Source: Mobula birostris (taxonomy: Eukaryota). Taken from it: a stretch of DNA of 64,000 nt. Made by a program: the position numbers and the translations under genes. Below are positions 36,962-49,989 of this stretch, one piece after another (the stretch's first letter is position 1; every line of letters begins with the position of its first letter). The stretch is taken from contig NC_092379.1 in the NCBI RefSeq assembly GCF_030028105.1, positions 21,429,309 to 21,493,308 on the forward strand, in the 5' to 3' direction. The notes under the pieces are model-generated. The model did no database searches. It was not told the origin of the DNA and saw only the letters and a list, made by a program, of their open reading frames with translations.

Positions 36962-37264
36962 AGTTGTCTGTCTTTATCCAAAATCCCTCCATTGAAGAGA
37001 TGTGGATCAACCAGACCGCTACTCTGGTGTGTATGATTGTGGGTGCTGATCTGAGCCAGGTCCAAATCCACTGGAAGGTGAACGAGAGGGAGAAAATCAA
37101 AGCAAATGTGACCAAAAAACTGAGAGAGGAAGGAACCCAAGACACAGTGATCAGCCAACTCCAGACCAGTGTGGAGGAGTGGACCAGTGGGGTGGAGTAC
37201 ACTTGCTCTGCCCAACAACATTCTGCAACCTCACCAGTATCAGCACGGACAAAACGTCCCAAAG
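36962..37264 (+). CDS. IgW: Extra IgW C exon 'CH7' (CH3 paralogue) downstream of the tailpiece exon
   Basis: CTACAG acceptor; ELSVFIQNPSIEEMWINQTATLVCMIVGADLSQVQIHW...EEWTSGVEYTCSAQQ...TKRPK; G|GTGGG donor; 303 nt like CH3; about 51/101 aa identical to CH3 (hand count). Confidence 0.9.
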
Positions 37265-37347
37265 GTGGGCAAGAGGTCAGCGATTAAAATGGACAACGTT
37301 GGTCACCTCAGTAAAAATGTTTGACATTTCCATTGTTTGCCCATCAG

Positions 37348-37671
37348 TTCCACTGGAGACAAAAGGTCCCAAAGTCAGACTGCTGCCACCGCCAGAGGGA
37401 GAGACCAAGAGTGGGAACACGGTCACCCTCGAGTGTGTTGCCTCTGGATTCTACCCAGACCAAATAACCATCACCTGGGAGAAAGGGGACGCTCTGATCT
37501 CTTCCAACATCAGTGTGAGACCAACTGCTCTGGAACAGGCAGGGACTTTCATTGCCAGCTACGTCCTGACCGTGAGCACAGAGGAGTGGAAGGAAGGCTC
37601 AGTTTTCAGATGCACAGTGTCTCATCCCCCCTCCAACACCAGTGTCAGGCAGGATGTGAAAAACATTCAAG
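37348..37671 (+). CDS. IgW: Extra IgW C exon 'CH8' (CH4 paralogue)
   Basis: CCATCAG acceptor; VPLETKGPKVRLLPPP...TLECVASGFYPDQITITW...EEWKEGSVFRCTVSHPPSNTSVRQDVKNIQ; G|GTATG donor; 324 nt; about 65/106 aa identical to CH4. The 5' boundary is inferred. Confidence 0.85.
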
Positions 37672-39623
37672 GTATGATTCTGAGATTCACTCCACTGTTG
37701 ACATCCTCTGCCACAGTCACAACCCAGCGACAAGCAAGGTCAATAGGTAACGGCAAGTCTGGCATTGTTGTAGCTGTGTGAGTGGATTAATAATGCAGAG
37801 GCAGAGAGTGGGAAAGAATCAGAGTTCATTCAATGCTTCATGCTAGTTTTAGATTACAAACTATTTCACTGATGTTCTTTGGTGAAGGACACTGGCCTTC
37901 CTACCCTGTTTACCTGTATCCATCAGTCCCACACCAAACTCTTCACTGCTCTGTGATGGGCCTTCTGGGACAGAGCAAGGAATGCCGGCCTTGTCAGTGA
38001 GGGAATGATGAAATAATGACTGCAGGGTCAATGTTCTCACACCAGCGTCTCAGAAACATGAAGCAAGTCTATCTGTCTCCAGAACTGGAGGTACTGAGTT
38101 CCACTGGAGCAGGCATTGTGGAATGTAACTGGACATCAGACAGTTGTTGAGCTCCAGTAAACCAGAGAGATGCACAGTACTCAGCCAGGCACAGAACTAG
38201 TGCTGAAGCAATGGTACAGAGTACACGTGTGATGCTCTCTCAATGTTATCCCTTTCTCTGTTCACAAGTGTTCTCTAACCCACTGAACACTTTCCACAAT
38301 TTACCTTTCATTTCCAAAAGTAAAAAGCCTTCATATTTTAGATGAGGAGAGGTCACTGATGGTGTAAACATTGGCCTGGATGGTGTAAAAGCAGAATATT
38401 CCAGGTGAACATCATATGAAAAAAGAAATCCATTCCCAATAGGAACCCTCTAAAGTTACCCTTCCCCACCAGATAAGATGGAAAGAAGTTGGGTCACCGG
38501 GTTCTCCGCAGCAGAGATTCCCATGGACATACTGGCCTACAACTCCAATTGTCAACCTTCAATTGATGGTTGATCCGACAACAGTGTGGTTTACATCACA
38601 GAAACATGCAAGGTTACCTGCAAGTCCTTTCTCATTGGCTCAAAATGGACAGATATATTGCATGACTAAGTACATTAAAATTAATTACCAACATTTCTGA
38701 GATCCTCCGGTTCTTGTTAAAACTTCCTTGCATCAGGTCTGATCCTGTTGGAAACTTGTGTAGACTACTTGACAGGTTAAAAGTCAGCCTGTGTTTGTGT
38801 AATCAAAGTTCAATAAAGAAGGTATGGAAAGCATTCGGCTGCCAGCGTTCCGTGCCGGTATGTTTTGGGATACAATTGTGTGACTTAAACCTGAGGGGCT
38901 GGAAGTGTTGCCTGGTTGGTTCTGTCCTTCATTGTACAGACAGACAGACAGACAGACATTCAAGTAGATTTTGGTAAATGTGTACTATAGTTTCCACTGG
39001 GCAAATGATAGAACATTCCAGATTGGTCCACAGTTTCTAAGGTTAATTGACTGGGAAAGGTATTTTATCAACTTTGTGAAGACATTTGGTGAACTCAACC
39101 AGAAAGAAGGACAATATGTAGACAGTGATGTCTTGTGACCTGCAGCAATGTGTTCAGTGCTGACACTATTCACTAGATTTATTCATGGTTTAGATATTGG
39201 GCAGAAATACACATGACCAATTTTTGCCACTCACACAAGGCTGGCAGATCTGTCAGCATCTGGAAGGCTTTAACTACAGAGCTAATAATCAATGAAATGA
39301 ATAGGCAGGAACCAACTCCAGGTCTTTGGACAAACTGTCTTGGAGGGACTGCTGAACATACATGCACTCCCCAGAGCAAATTACAAGTTGGGAGGATGTT
39401 TAATGAACACTAACTGAAGATCTGGTTAATGTTTTTAGCAGAGCGAACATAGTTGATTCAGAGAAACTAGTTCATTTAATTCTGTCCAGGGGATCCCAAC
39501 TTACAAATGACATGCTGTGAGGAAACATGATTCAGGTCATCAAATTTACTCAGTTTATTGCCATGTTGATCTTCAAGAAATATGGACAAGTAACTAACCG
39601 TCTCACTTTCTCAATTGTTTCAG

Positions 39624-39766
39624 AAACCTGCACAGACTTGACAGGAGAGGAGGGGAAGGAAGAACAGGGACACGTGGGTGGAGATGACAATGTGCTTACA
39701 GTTGCTGCCTTTGCCGTTCTGTTTATCATCAGTTTCCTCTACAGCACCTTCGTCACCGTTGTCAAG
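39624..39766 (+). CDS. IgW: IgW transmembrane exon TM1
   Basis: TTTCAG acceptor, phase 1; ETCTDLTGEEGKEEQGHVGGDDN-VLTVAAFAVLFIISFLYSTFVTVVK with the antigen-receptor (CART) F..LF..S..YST pattern; AAG|GTAAC phase-0 donor. Confidence 0.93.
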
Positions 39767-39944
39767 GTAACTAATTGACTAACAGAGGCCTCCCATGAAA
39801 CACAAACTTTCACCTTCCTTACCTCACATTGCATTCTCTGACACTGCAATCCCAACGACAGCACAATCAACAGACAACGCAGTCTGAGGCCTTCACAACC
39901 CCTGGGACTTTACACCTTTCCTCTTTACTCCGAGCCTCTGGGCC

Positions 39945-42900
39945 TTGATAAGCAGAAGTTATGACCTGTACAAAAGGGACAGGTTACACCTGAATCCACA
40001 GGGGACAAATATCCTTGCAGACAGGTTTGCTAGATCTGTTCAGAAGGGATTAAACAAATTTGGCAGTGATAGGGTTGAGGATCAGATCGTTGGGTTACAA
40101 ACAGAGGCAGTGTGTAGTGAGACTGCTAGCAAGAAGAAGCTGATGACCAGGTAAAATTACAGTTAACAGGATGAGTTGCAATGTAAAATGGGACACAATT
40201 TTAAAATGTGATGAATACAGGACTGAAGGTGTTATCACAGGATATGGAATAATCTCGATGAACTTGAAGCACAGCTACATATTGGCATTATGACTTTCTG
40301 GGCATCACTGAATCGTGGCTGAAAGAAGATTATAACTGTGAGCTTAATGTCCAAGGATACACATTGTATCAAAAGGACAGGGAGGTAGGCAGAAGGCGTG
40401 GTGTGGCAGTATTGGTAAAAAATTAAATTAAATCATTAGAAAGAGGTGACATGGGATCGGAAGGTGTAGAATCGTTCTGGGTAGAGCTAAGAATCTGCAA
40501 GAGTGAAAGACCCTGATGGGAGTTATACACAGACCTGCAAACAGTATAGCAAAGATGTGGTCTACAAATTACAACAGAGGACAGAAAATGCATGTCAAAA
40601 GTGTGATGTTAAGATTGTCATCGTGAATTTCAATATGCAGGTTGATTGAGACTGATTGCACCTGAACTGGAGGGGAACCAATATCTTGGTTTTGCTGATG
40701 CTGCTTGGGAGAGTTTAAGCTCGTTTTGCAGTGGCTGAGAACCAGAGCCCAGCTCAGTAGGGGAAGGACCGGACCAGAAGTTAGGTGTCAGGGAAGGTAT
40801 TGAAAGGCAAATTTGGAGTAACAAGTATGATAGATCAGATAGTTTGGAGTGCGTATATTTTAATGCAGGGAGTATCATGATAATACCATAAGACCAGAAG
40901 ACATAGGAGCAGAAACAGGCTATTTGGCCCATCAAGTCTGCTCCACCATTCAATCATGGCCAGTTGCAATTCTTCCAGTCATCCCCACTCCCCTGCCTTC
41001 TCCCCATACCCTTTGATGTCCCAGCTAACCAAGAACCTATCTCTCTCTACCTTAAATGCACCCAATGACTTGGCATCCGCAGACACTCATGGCAACCAAT
41101 TACACAGATTTACCACCCTCTGACTAAAGTAATTTCTTTGCATTTCTGTTATAAATGGATATTCTTCAATCCTGAAGTCCTAGTTTCCCCTACCATGGGA
41201 AATAACTTTGCCATCTCGAATCTATTCAGGCCTTTTAACATTTGGAATGTTTCTATGAGATCCCCCTCATTCTCCTGAACTCCAGGGAATACAGCCCAAG
41301 AGCTGCCAGATGTTCCTTGTACAGTAACCCTTTCATTCCTGGAATCATTCTCGTGAATCTTCTCTGAGCCTTCTCCAATGTCGGTTTATCATTTCTAAAC
41401 TAAGGAGCCCAAAACTGCACGCAATACTCCCAAGTATGGTTTACAAGTGCCTTTTAGAGCTTCACATTCCTGCTCTTATATTCTATACCTCCAGAAATGA
41501 ATGCCAACATTGCATTCGCCTTCTTCACCACAGACTCAACCTGAAGGTAAACCTTTAGGGTATCCCACACAAGGACTCTCAAGTCCCTTTGCATCTCTGC
41601 ATTTTCAATTCTCTCCCTATCTAAATAATAGTTTGCCTGTTTATTTCTTCCACCAAAATGCATGACCATACACTTTCCAACATTATATTTAATTTGCCAC
41701 TTCTTTGCCCATTCCCCTAAACTATCTAAGTCTCTCTGCAGACTCTCTGTTTCCTCAACACCACACGCTCCTCCACCTATCTTTATATCCTTGGCAAATT
41801 TAGTCACAAATCCATTAATCCCATTATCCAAATCATTGGCATACATCATAAAAAGCAGCGGTCCCAATACCGACCCCTGTGGAACTCCATTGGTAACTGA
41901 CAGCCAGCCAGAATAGGATCCCTTTTTTCCCCACTCTCTGTTCTCTGCCGATCAGCCAATGCTCCACCCATTCTGGTAACTTCCCTGTAATTCCATGGGC
42001 TGTTATCTTGCTAAGCAGCCTCATGTGCGGCACCTTGTCAAAAGCCTTCTGAAAATCCAAGTACACCTCATTTGTCTACCCTGCTTGTAATTTCCACAAA
42101 AAATTGCAGTAAAAATCAGACAGGATTTTCCTTTCAGGAAACCACCTTGGCTTTGGCCTATCTTGACACATGCCTCTAGGTACTCGGTAATCTCATCCCT
42201 AACAATCGATTACAACAACTTCCCAACTACTGATGTCAGGCTAACAGGTCTATAGTTTCCTTTCTGCTGCCTCCCACCCTTCTTAAATAGCGGAGTAACA
42301 TTTGCAATTTTCCAGTCATCTGGTACAATGCCAGAATCTATTGATTCTTGAAAGGTCATTGTTAATGCCTCCGCAGTCTCTCCAGCTACTTCCTACAGAA
42401 CCCAAGGGTGCATTCCACCAGGTCCAGGAGATTTAACCACCCTCAGACCATTCAGCTTCCTGAGCACCTTCTCAGTTGTAATTTTCACTGCACTTACGTC
42501 ACCTCCCTGACACCCTTGAATTTCCAATATACAGGAACTGCAGATGTCCTCCACTGATAACTGATGCAAACTACACATTCAGTTCCTCTGCCATCTCTGC
42601 ATCTCTCATTACAATATGTCCAGCGTCATTTTCTATTGGACCTATATCTACACTCAACTATCTTGTACTGCTAATATACTTTAAAAAGCTTTTAGTATCT
42701 TGTTTGATATTAGTCGCCAGCTTCCTTTCATAATTCATCTTTTCCTTCCTAATGACCTTCTTAGTTTCCTTCTGCAAGTGTTTAAAAACTTCCCAATTCT
42801 CTATCTTCCTGCTGGCTTTGGGCTTGTATGACTTCCCTTCTGCTGTTACTTTGGCTCTGACTTCACATGTCAGCCATGACAGTGTCCTTCCATTCAAAAT

Positions 42901-45900
42901 TTTTCTTATTTGGAACATGTCTGTCTTGCTCTTTGCTCATCTCTCACAGAAACTCTGGTCATTGCTGCGCTGTGTCCTTCCTGTTACTGTCCCATTCCAG
43001 TCAACTTTGGCCAGTTCCCCTATCATGCCATTGTAATTTCCTTTTTCCCATTGAAATACCAACTCATTATAATTTAGTTTCTCCTTCTCAAATTTCAAAG
43101 TGAACTCGATCATATTGTGATCACTGTTCTCTAAGGGTTCCTTAACCTTCAGCTCTCTAATCACCTCCAGATCATTGCACAACATCCAATCCAGCACAGC
43201 CGATCCCCTGGAGGGCTCAACAACAAGCTGTTCTAAAAAGCCATCCATTACACATTCTACAAATTCTCTCTCTTGAAGTCCAGTAACAGCCTGGTTTTCC
43301 CAGACGACTTTCATGTTAAAATCCCCAATGATTATCATGACTTTGCCCTTTTAAAATGCCTTTTCTTTCTCTTGCTGTTATTTTTAATCCACATCCTGGC
43401 TGCTGCTTGGAGGCCTGTATACAACTTCCATTGGGGTTCTTTTACTCTTGCCATTCCTTAACTCAACCCATAGAGACTCTACACCTTCCGATTCTATGTC
43501 ATCCCTTTCTAGTGATTTAATATTATTTCTCATAATCAGGGCCACACCATCCCCTCTGCCTATTAACCTATCTTTCCAATACACCGTATATCCTTGACTG
43601 CTCAGTTCCCAATGGCAGGCATCCTTTAGCCAAGATGAAATTAGAGCATGGATCAGTTTGTGGGACTACAATCTTGCAGCCATTACACAAAATTGGTGAG
43701 GGGCAGGAATGGGTGATTAATGTGCCAGGTTCTTGAAGGAGGGTGCAATCACACTAATAGGATTATACTGCAGACTCCCTAAAAGCCACCGGGACATTGA
43801 GGAATGGATATGCAATTAGGTGGAGGAAAAGTGAAAAAATAATATTGTTGTTGTCATGGGGGATTTCAACTTCCCTGATATAAACTGGGACTATCTTAAT
43901 GTAAGGGATTCCGATAGGGCTGAATTTGTTAAGTACATCCAGGAAGGTTTCTTCAATCAATAATCAGTGGGTGAACAGTAAGGGAACAGTGACAACTCAT
44001 TAACTTTCAGGATAACTATCGACAAGGATAAGTATTATCCTTGTGGAACAATTTTAAATTGGCATAGGGCAATTTAAAATGGCATTTGGCAGTAACTAAG
44101 AAGTGTTAACTGGAAACACCTTTTCTCTGGCAGGTCCACATCAGACATGTGGAGGGTGTTTAAAGAGCAATTTCACATAGTGCAGGAAAGGTATGTTCCT
44201 GTCAGAAGGAAGGAAGGGGATGGAAATACAAGAGAACCTTGGATGTCCAGAGAGGTGATGAATTTTGTCAAGAAAAAAAGATCAAGTATGTAAAGCTTCA
44301 GAAGGTTGAATCAAAGAAAGCACAGGAGGGGTATAAAGAAGCCAGAAAGGAACTAAAGGGAATTAGGAAAGCCAGAAGAGGCCATGAAAAGTCCTTGATA
44401 AGTTGGATTAAGGTGAATCTCAAGGCGTTTTATACATACATGAAGACCAAGAGGATATCTTGGGAGAGGATGGGACCACTCAATGATAAAGAGGGGAACT
44501 TTTGCTTGGATGCAGGGAATGTGAGTGAGGTACCAAATGAGTACATTGCTTCAGTATTTACAAAGGAAAAAGATGTGGAGGACCAGGAGATCAGTACTGA
44601 GTGTATAAATAAACTAGGGCTTTTAGAGGTGAAGGCGGAGGAAGTGTTGGGCCTCCAAAAAGGAATTAAGATGCATAAGTCTTCAGGACTAATGTTACAT
44701 AGAAACTTAGAAAACATACAGCACAATACAGGCCCTGTGGCTCACAATACTATGCCAAACATGTACTTACTTTAGAAATTACCCAGGGTTACCCATAGCC
44801 CTCTATTTTTCTAAGCTCCATGTACCTGTCCAGCAGCCCATTCCACACACTCACCACTCTGCATAAAAACTTACCCCTGACATCTGCTCTGTTCCTCCTT
44901 CAATGGACCTTAAAACTGTGCTCTCTCGTGTTAGCCATTTCAGTCCTGGGGAAAAGCCTCTGACTATCCACACAATCAATGCCTCTCATCACCTTGTACA
45001 CCCCTGTCAGGTCACCTCTCATCCTCCATCGCTCCAAGGAGGAAAGGCCATGTTCACTCAACATATTCTCAGAAGGAAACACTCTTGTAAATCTCCTCTG
45101 CACCCTTTCTATAGTTTCTACATTCTTCATGTAGTGAGGTGACCAGAACTGAGCACAGTACTCCATGGGGTCTGACCAGGGTCCTATACAGCTGTAACAT
45201 TATCTCTCGGCTCTTGCACTCAATCCCACAGTTGATGAAGGCCAATGCACCATATGCCTTCTTAACCACAGAGTCAACCTGTGCAGCAGCTTTGAGTGTC
45301 CTATGGACATGGACCCCAAGGTCCCTCTGACCCTCCACACTGCCAAAAGTCTTACCACTAATACTATATTCTGCCATCATATTAGACCTACCAAAATGAA
45401 CCACCTCACCTTTACCTGCGTTGAACTCTATCTGCCACTTCTCAGCCCAGTTTTGCATCCTATCGATGTCCCACTGTAAACTCTGACAGCCCTCCACACT
45501 ATCCACAACACCCCCAACCTTGGTGTCATCAGCAAATTTACTAACCCATCCCTCCACTTCCTTATCCAAGTCATTTATGAAAATCACGAAGAGAAGGGGT
45601 CCTAGAACAGATCCCTGAGGCATACCACTGGCCACCAACTTCCATGCAGAATATGACCTGTCTAAACAACTCTTCGCCTTCTGTGGGCAAGCCAGTTCTG
45701 GATACACAAAGCAAGGTCCCTTTGGATCCCTTACTTTCTCAATGACCCTTGCATGGGGCACCTTATCAAATGCCTTGCTGAAATCAATTTAGACTAACGT
45801 TGTACCTCTATTTAAGAAGGGAACAAGGGAAAATTCTCCAAACTATAGACTGGTGAGTCTCACATCAGTTGAAGGGAAATTGCAGAAGAAAAATCTTGGG

Positions 45901-47350
45901 GATAGATTATCTGAGCATTTGGAAACCCATGACCTAAGTAGGGAGAGCTCGCAGGGCTTTCTTTGGGGCAAGTCGTGCCTTACCAACTTGGATTTTTTGA
46001 CAAGGTGACAAGACAGATTGCTGAGGGCAGGGCAGTGGATGCTGTCTACATGGACTTTAATAAGGCATTTGACAAAGTCCCCAATAGGAGGCTAATCCAA
46101 AAGATTAAGATGCATGGGATATGTGGCAAATTATCTGGCTTACACATAAAAGAGAGCGGGTAGTCGTGGAAGGGACATGTTCAACCTGGAAGTCTGTGAT
46201 TAGTGGAGTTCCACAGGTGTCTGTACTGGGATGTACATTGCTTGTAATGTATACAAATGATCTGGATGAAAATGAAGATGGGTTGGTTAGTAAATCTGTG
46301 CATGATTCCAAGACTGGTGGAGATTCCAGGGATAGTGCAGAAGACATTGAGAGGAGAAGGCCAAAATTGATTGGAAGGGGACACTAGCAGGGATGATGGC
46401 AAAGCAGCAATGGCAGGTGATTCTGAGAGCAAATTGGAAGGCGCAAGATAGGTGCATCAAAGAAGAAATATTCTTAAGGTGGGATGATGCCAGGCAGCAT
46501 CTATGGAAGAGAGTAAACAAACAATGTTTTGGGCCAAGAGCCTTCATCAGTCTGAAACATTGACTGCTGACTCTTTTTCACAGATGCTGCCAGGCCTGCT
46601 GAGCTCCTTCAGCATTTTATGTGTGTTGCCTTAGAACCCATGGTATTCCAGGAAAGATACTGGCATCGATGGAACACTGGTTGATTGGCAGGAGGCAAAG
46701 AGTAGGCAAACAAAAGAGGACCTTTTCTGGTTGGCTGCCAGTGAATAGTGGTGCTCCACAAGGGTCTGTGTTCCAACTGCTTCTTTTCATGTCAACTGTC
46801 AATAATTTGGATAATGGCATTGATGGCTTTTATGTCCAAGTTTGCAGATGATATAAAGAGAGGAGGAGGGGAAGGCAAAGTTGAGGAAAGAGAGAGGCTA
46901 CAAAAATATTTAGAAAGATCAGGAGAATGGTCAAAGAAGTGGCAGGTTTGAGGAAGTGATAGACAGGGGCTACAGGGAGGAGATTACCCCAAGGTTGCAG
47001 GAGACAGGTGTCTGGGTGACTGTCAGGAGAAGGAGGGCAAATGTACAAGAAGTGCAGAGAACACCTGTGGCTGTTCCCCTCAATAGTAAATCTATAACTT
47101 TAGATACTATTGAAGGGGAGCCAGAGTGACCGGGTCTCTGGCACTGAGTCTGGTGATGTGGCTCAGTAGAGGAGAAAGGCGAAGAGGAATGCAGTGATGA
47201 TAGGAGATTCCTTAGTCAGAGGAACAGGACGAGGTTCTATGGACGCGATAGAGACACACAGATGGTATGCTGCATCCCTGATGTCAGGATCATGATGTCA
47301 CAGATTGTGTCCACGGTATTCTCAATGGTGAGCATGAACAGCCAGAAGTC
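39945..47350. mobile_element. Nested CR1 fragments in both orientations
   Basis: + ORF1-esterase/EN pieces (39945-40880, 43640-44700); - strand near-complete ORF2 (40880-43620) and RT piece (44770-45790: GMPQGSVLGPLL, SKFADDTK); further + pieces to 47350. Confidence 0.8.
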
Positions 47351-47352
47351 TT

Positions 47353-49058
47353 TGTTACGAGACACTCCCAACTGCACCAGCTTCCGGGAGTACGGATAGC
47401 TGGCATGGCCCCTTTAAGGGATCAGAATTGATAATCATGTTTGGGTGCCAAGAACTGAGTATTTAAGGAACAGCTGAATAGAGGTTCGGTGTTCAATGGT
47501 AAGCTGACTTGTGCTATCATCCAACATTTGTTTTGTGCTCAGCTCTAATTTGATACCATGAGCAGAACCTTCCTTCATTTACCTCGGTTCCTTTCAGAGG
47601 GAGGAAAAGTGGCCTTCATTATCTCTCCAGGACTGGAAAAGTCCTGGCCTCAGCCACTGCGCATTGGGAACATCGGTCTGAGATCTGTTCAGATTCAGAG
47701 GAATTCATGGCTGCCATGAGGAAGGTGTTTAATCACCTCACTGGAGCCAGCTGAGACTCAGACCGGCTGATGAAGATTCAACGGGGGGATGGTCCACGGC
47801 CGACAGCGCAATCGAATTTTGGACCTTGGCCCAGAAGAGTGGTTGGAATGGGGAGGCCGTGGCCATGTTCCAAAACCATGGATGAACTGAAGGACGCCTC
47901 GCCTTGGGAGAGCCAACTGAGATCTGAGAGGTTTTGAGTGACCAGTCCATCCAGCTCGATAATCGTCCAGCAGAGCAAAAGTGGGACCACTTCAAGAAAT
48001 CAAAGTGAGCCAGTCTGTGCCCAGACCCTACACATCACAGTTCCACCCCACAACCTCGGACCATAACCAGCCCTTTGCTTGCTCAAGATCCAGTCGAACC
48101 CCTGCAGGTCAGTTGTGCTGGACTCTCTGCCAATGAAAGGTCCCGGCGTCAGAGTCATTGTTGTGGTTTTACTGACAGGCCGAATATCCCAGGCTGCAAC
48201 CGTCGAGACGGCTAAGACCGTCCAGATTCAGGAGGACTGTCACTACTCCCAATACAATTGACTCTGGGTTCATGCTGAAGGCAGAGCTCACCCGGGGTAA
48301 AAACTTAAAGCAGGTGAGAGCTGCCTGGACTCTGGGGCAGTGGGTTATTTTCTGGATTTAAGAACCACCCATTGGTTCGACATACCTCTGTGAGAGTTGA
48401 GCCAACACATACCCGCAACTGTCTTGGATGGTCACCCACTAGGTTCCGGGAAGATCCAGCAACAGACTGTGGATTTGAAGATGAGGATAGGGGATCATGC
48501 AGACATTAGTTTCTACATTATTGACTCTCCACTCATATCGCTGATCCTCTGGTACCCTGGGCTGTCCCAGTGTAACCCATCCATGGACTGGAGGAAGGGC
48601 AGAATCATTGCTTGGTCCAGTCCTGATAACAGGGTTTGTTTGCACCATGGTATTCCGAGACCCAGACTCTCCTGTGACCAAGAACTAATAAGAGGGCAGC
48701 CTTCAGTGTTGAGGTAACCTGAGACCGTGTCGAGACCAAGTCCTGCCCTTAAGGACAAACAAGCCATTTCCAGTCAATAGGACTCTGCGAGTCCAGACAC
48801 TTATCTAGTCATGTCCTCTAGTTCAGGAGAGGACCGAGCAAATACCTGAACAGTCTGGGGAACTCACAGCCAAGCTTATGGAATCCAGCTGCCAGGTCGA
48901 AAGGAAGGGTTAAGAATCCTTTACACTGAACCTCGAAGTCTATTTTCAAGAGGGAAATAACCCTCTGTAATGCCTCGCTGCTGTTGCCTGAGGATTGAGA
49001 TGGGGGTTTGAAGAGGAAGAAGTGTTCAAAAGGCAAGATGACACAACCATGGCGAACA
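47353..49058 (+). mobile_element. Truncated Ty3/Gypsy element (LTR start, gag and protease remnant)
   Basis: Starts TGTTAC inside a CR1 ORF1; gag-like SAIEFWTLAQKSGWNGEA (~47805-47860); protease-like LDSGAVGYFLD (48324-48356). Confidence 0.6.
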
Positions 49059-49989
49059 AGGGAAGTCAAAGGCAACATAACAGCCAAAGAGAGGGCATAT
49101 CATTGAGCTGGCATTTGTGGGAGGTTAGAGGATTGGGAAGCATTTAAAACCAACAGAAGGCAAGTACAAAAGTCAGTAAGAAGAAAAAGATGGAATGGCA
49201 AAGTAAGCTACTCAATAATATTAAAGAGAACAGCAAAAGTTGCTTCAGATACGTAAAGTGTTAAAGAGAGGCGAGAGAGGGTATCAGACCACTGGAAAAC
49301 AATGCTGGAAAGGTACTAATGGGGGACAAGGAAATGGTGGATGAACTGAATAAATATTTCGCATCAGTCTTCACTAAGGAAGAAACTAGCAGTCAGGTAG
49401 AAGATCCAGGCATCAGGGTCATGAAGTGTGTGAGGCTACAATTACTACCAAGAAGATTTTTGAGAAATTGGTAGGTCTGAAGGTAGATAAGTCACCTGGA
49501 CCTGACGGTGTACACACAAGGGTTCAGAAAGAGGTAGCTCAAGAGATTGTAGAGGCATTAGTCATGATTTTTCAAGAATCACTAGATTCTGGAATGGTTC
49601 TGGAATTCTGGAAAATTACAATTGTCATTCCACTCTTCAAGAAGGGAGAGAGACAGAAGAATTAAAATTATAGGCCAGTTAGCCTGACCTACGTGGTTGG
49701 AGGGAACATGCAGACCGCCAACCAATAGAGACAGGCGGTCTGCATATTTCTCAAAACAGATGAAAAATGGTTGGGAGGACCAGCAGATCTCTTAACCAAC
49801 GGCGGCAGGGATAGAAACAGGTAGGTGGGAGATATGGTTTACTGTGCCTACCTGACTTTTTCCCTGGTGTTTCCCTTCTCTGTCTTCCCTCGGCAAACAG
49901 CCTGTGGTGGGAATGGCCTGTGTACGATTACATCCCGACACTCCTGCAAACATCCTCTCCACATCAACCCCTTCGGGGCCTTTCAATCG

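Noticed and set aside
49708-49745. Perfect 12-bp hairpin ATGCAGACCGCC/GGCGGTCTGCAT
   Set aside because: It sits among retroelement fragments with no link to a gene; cannot support a function.
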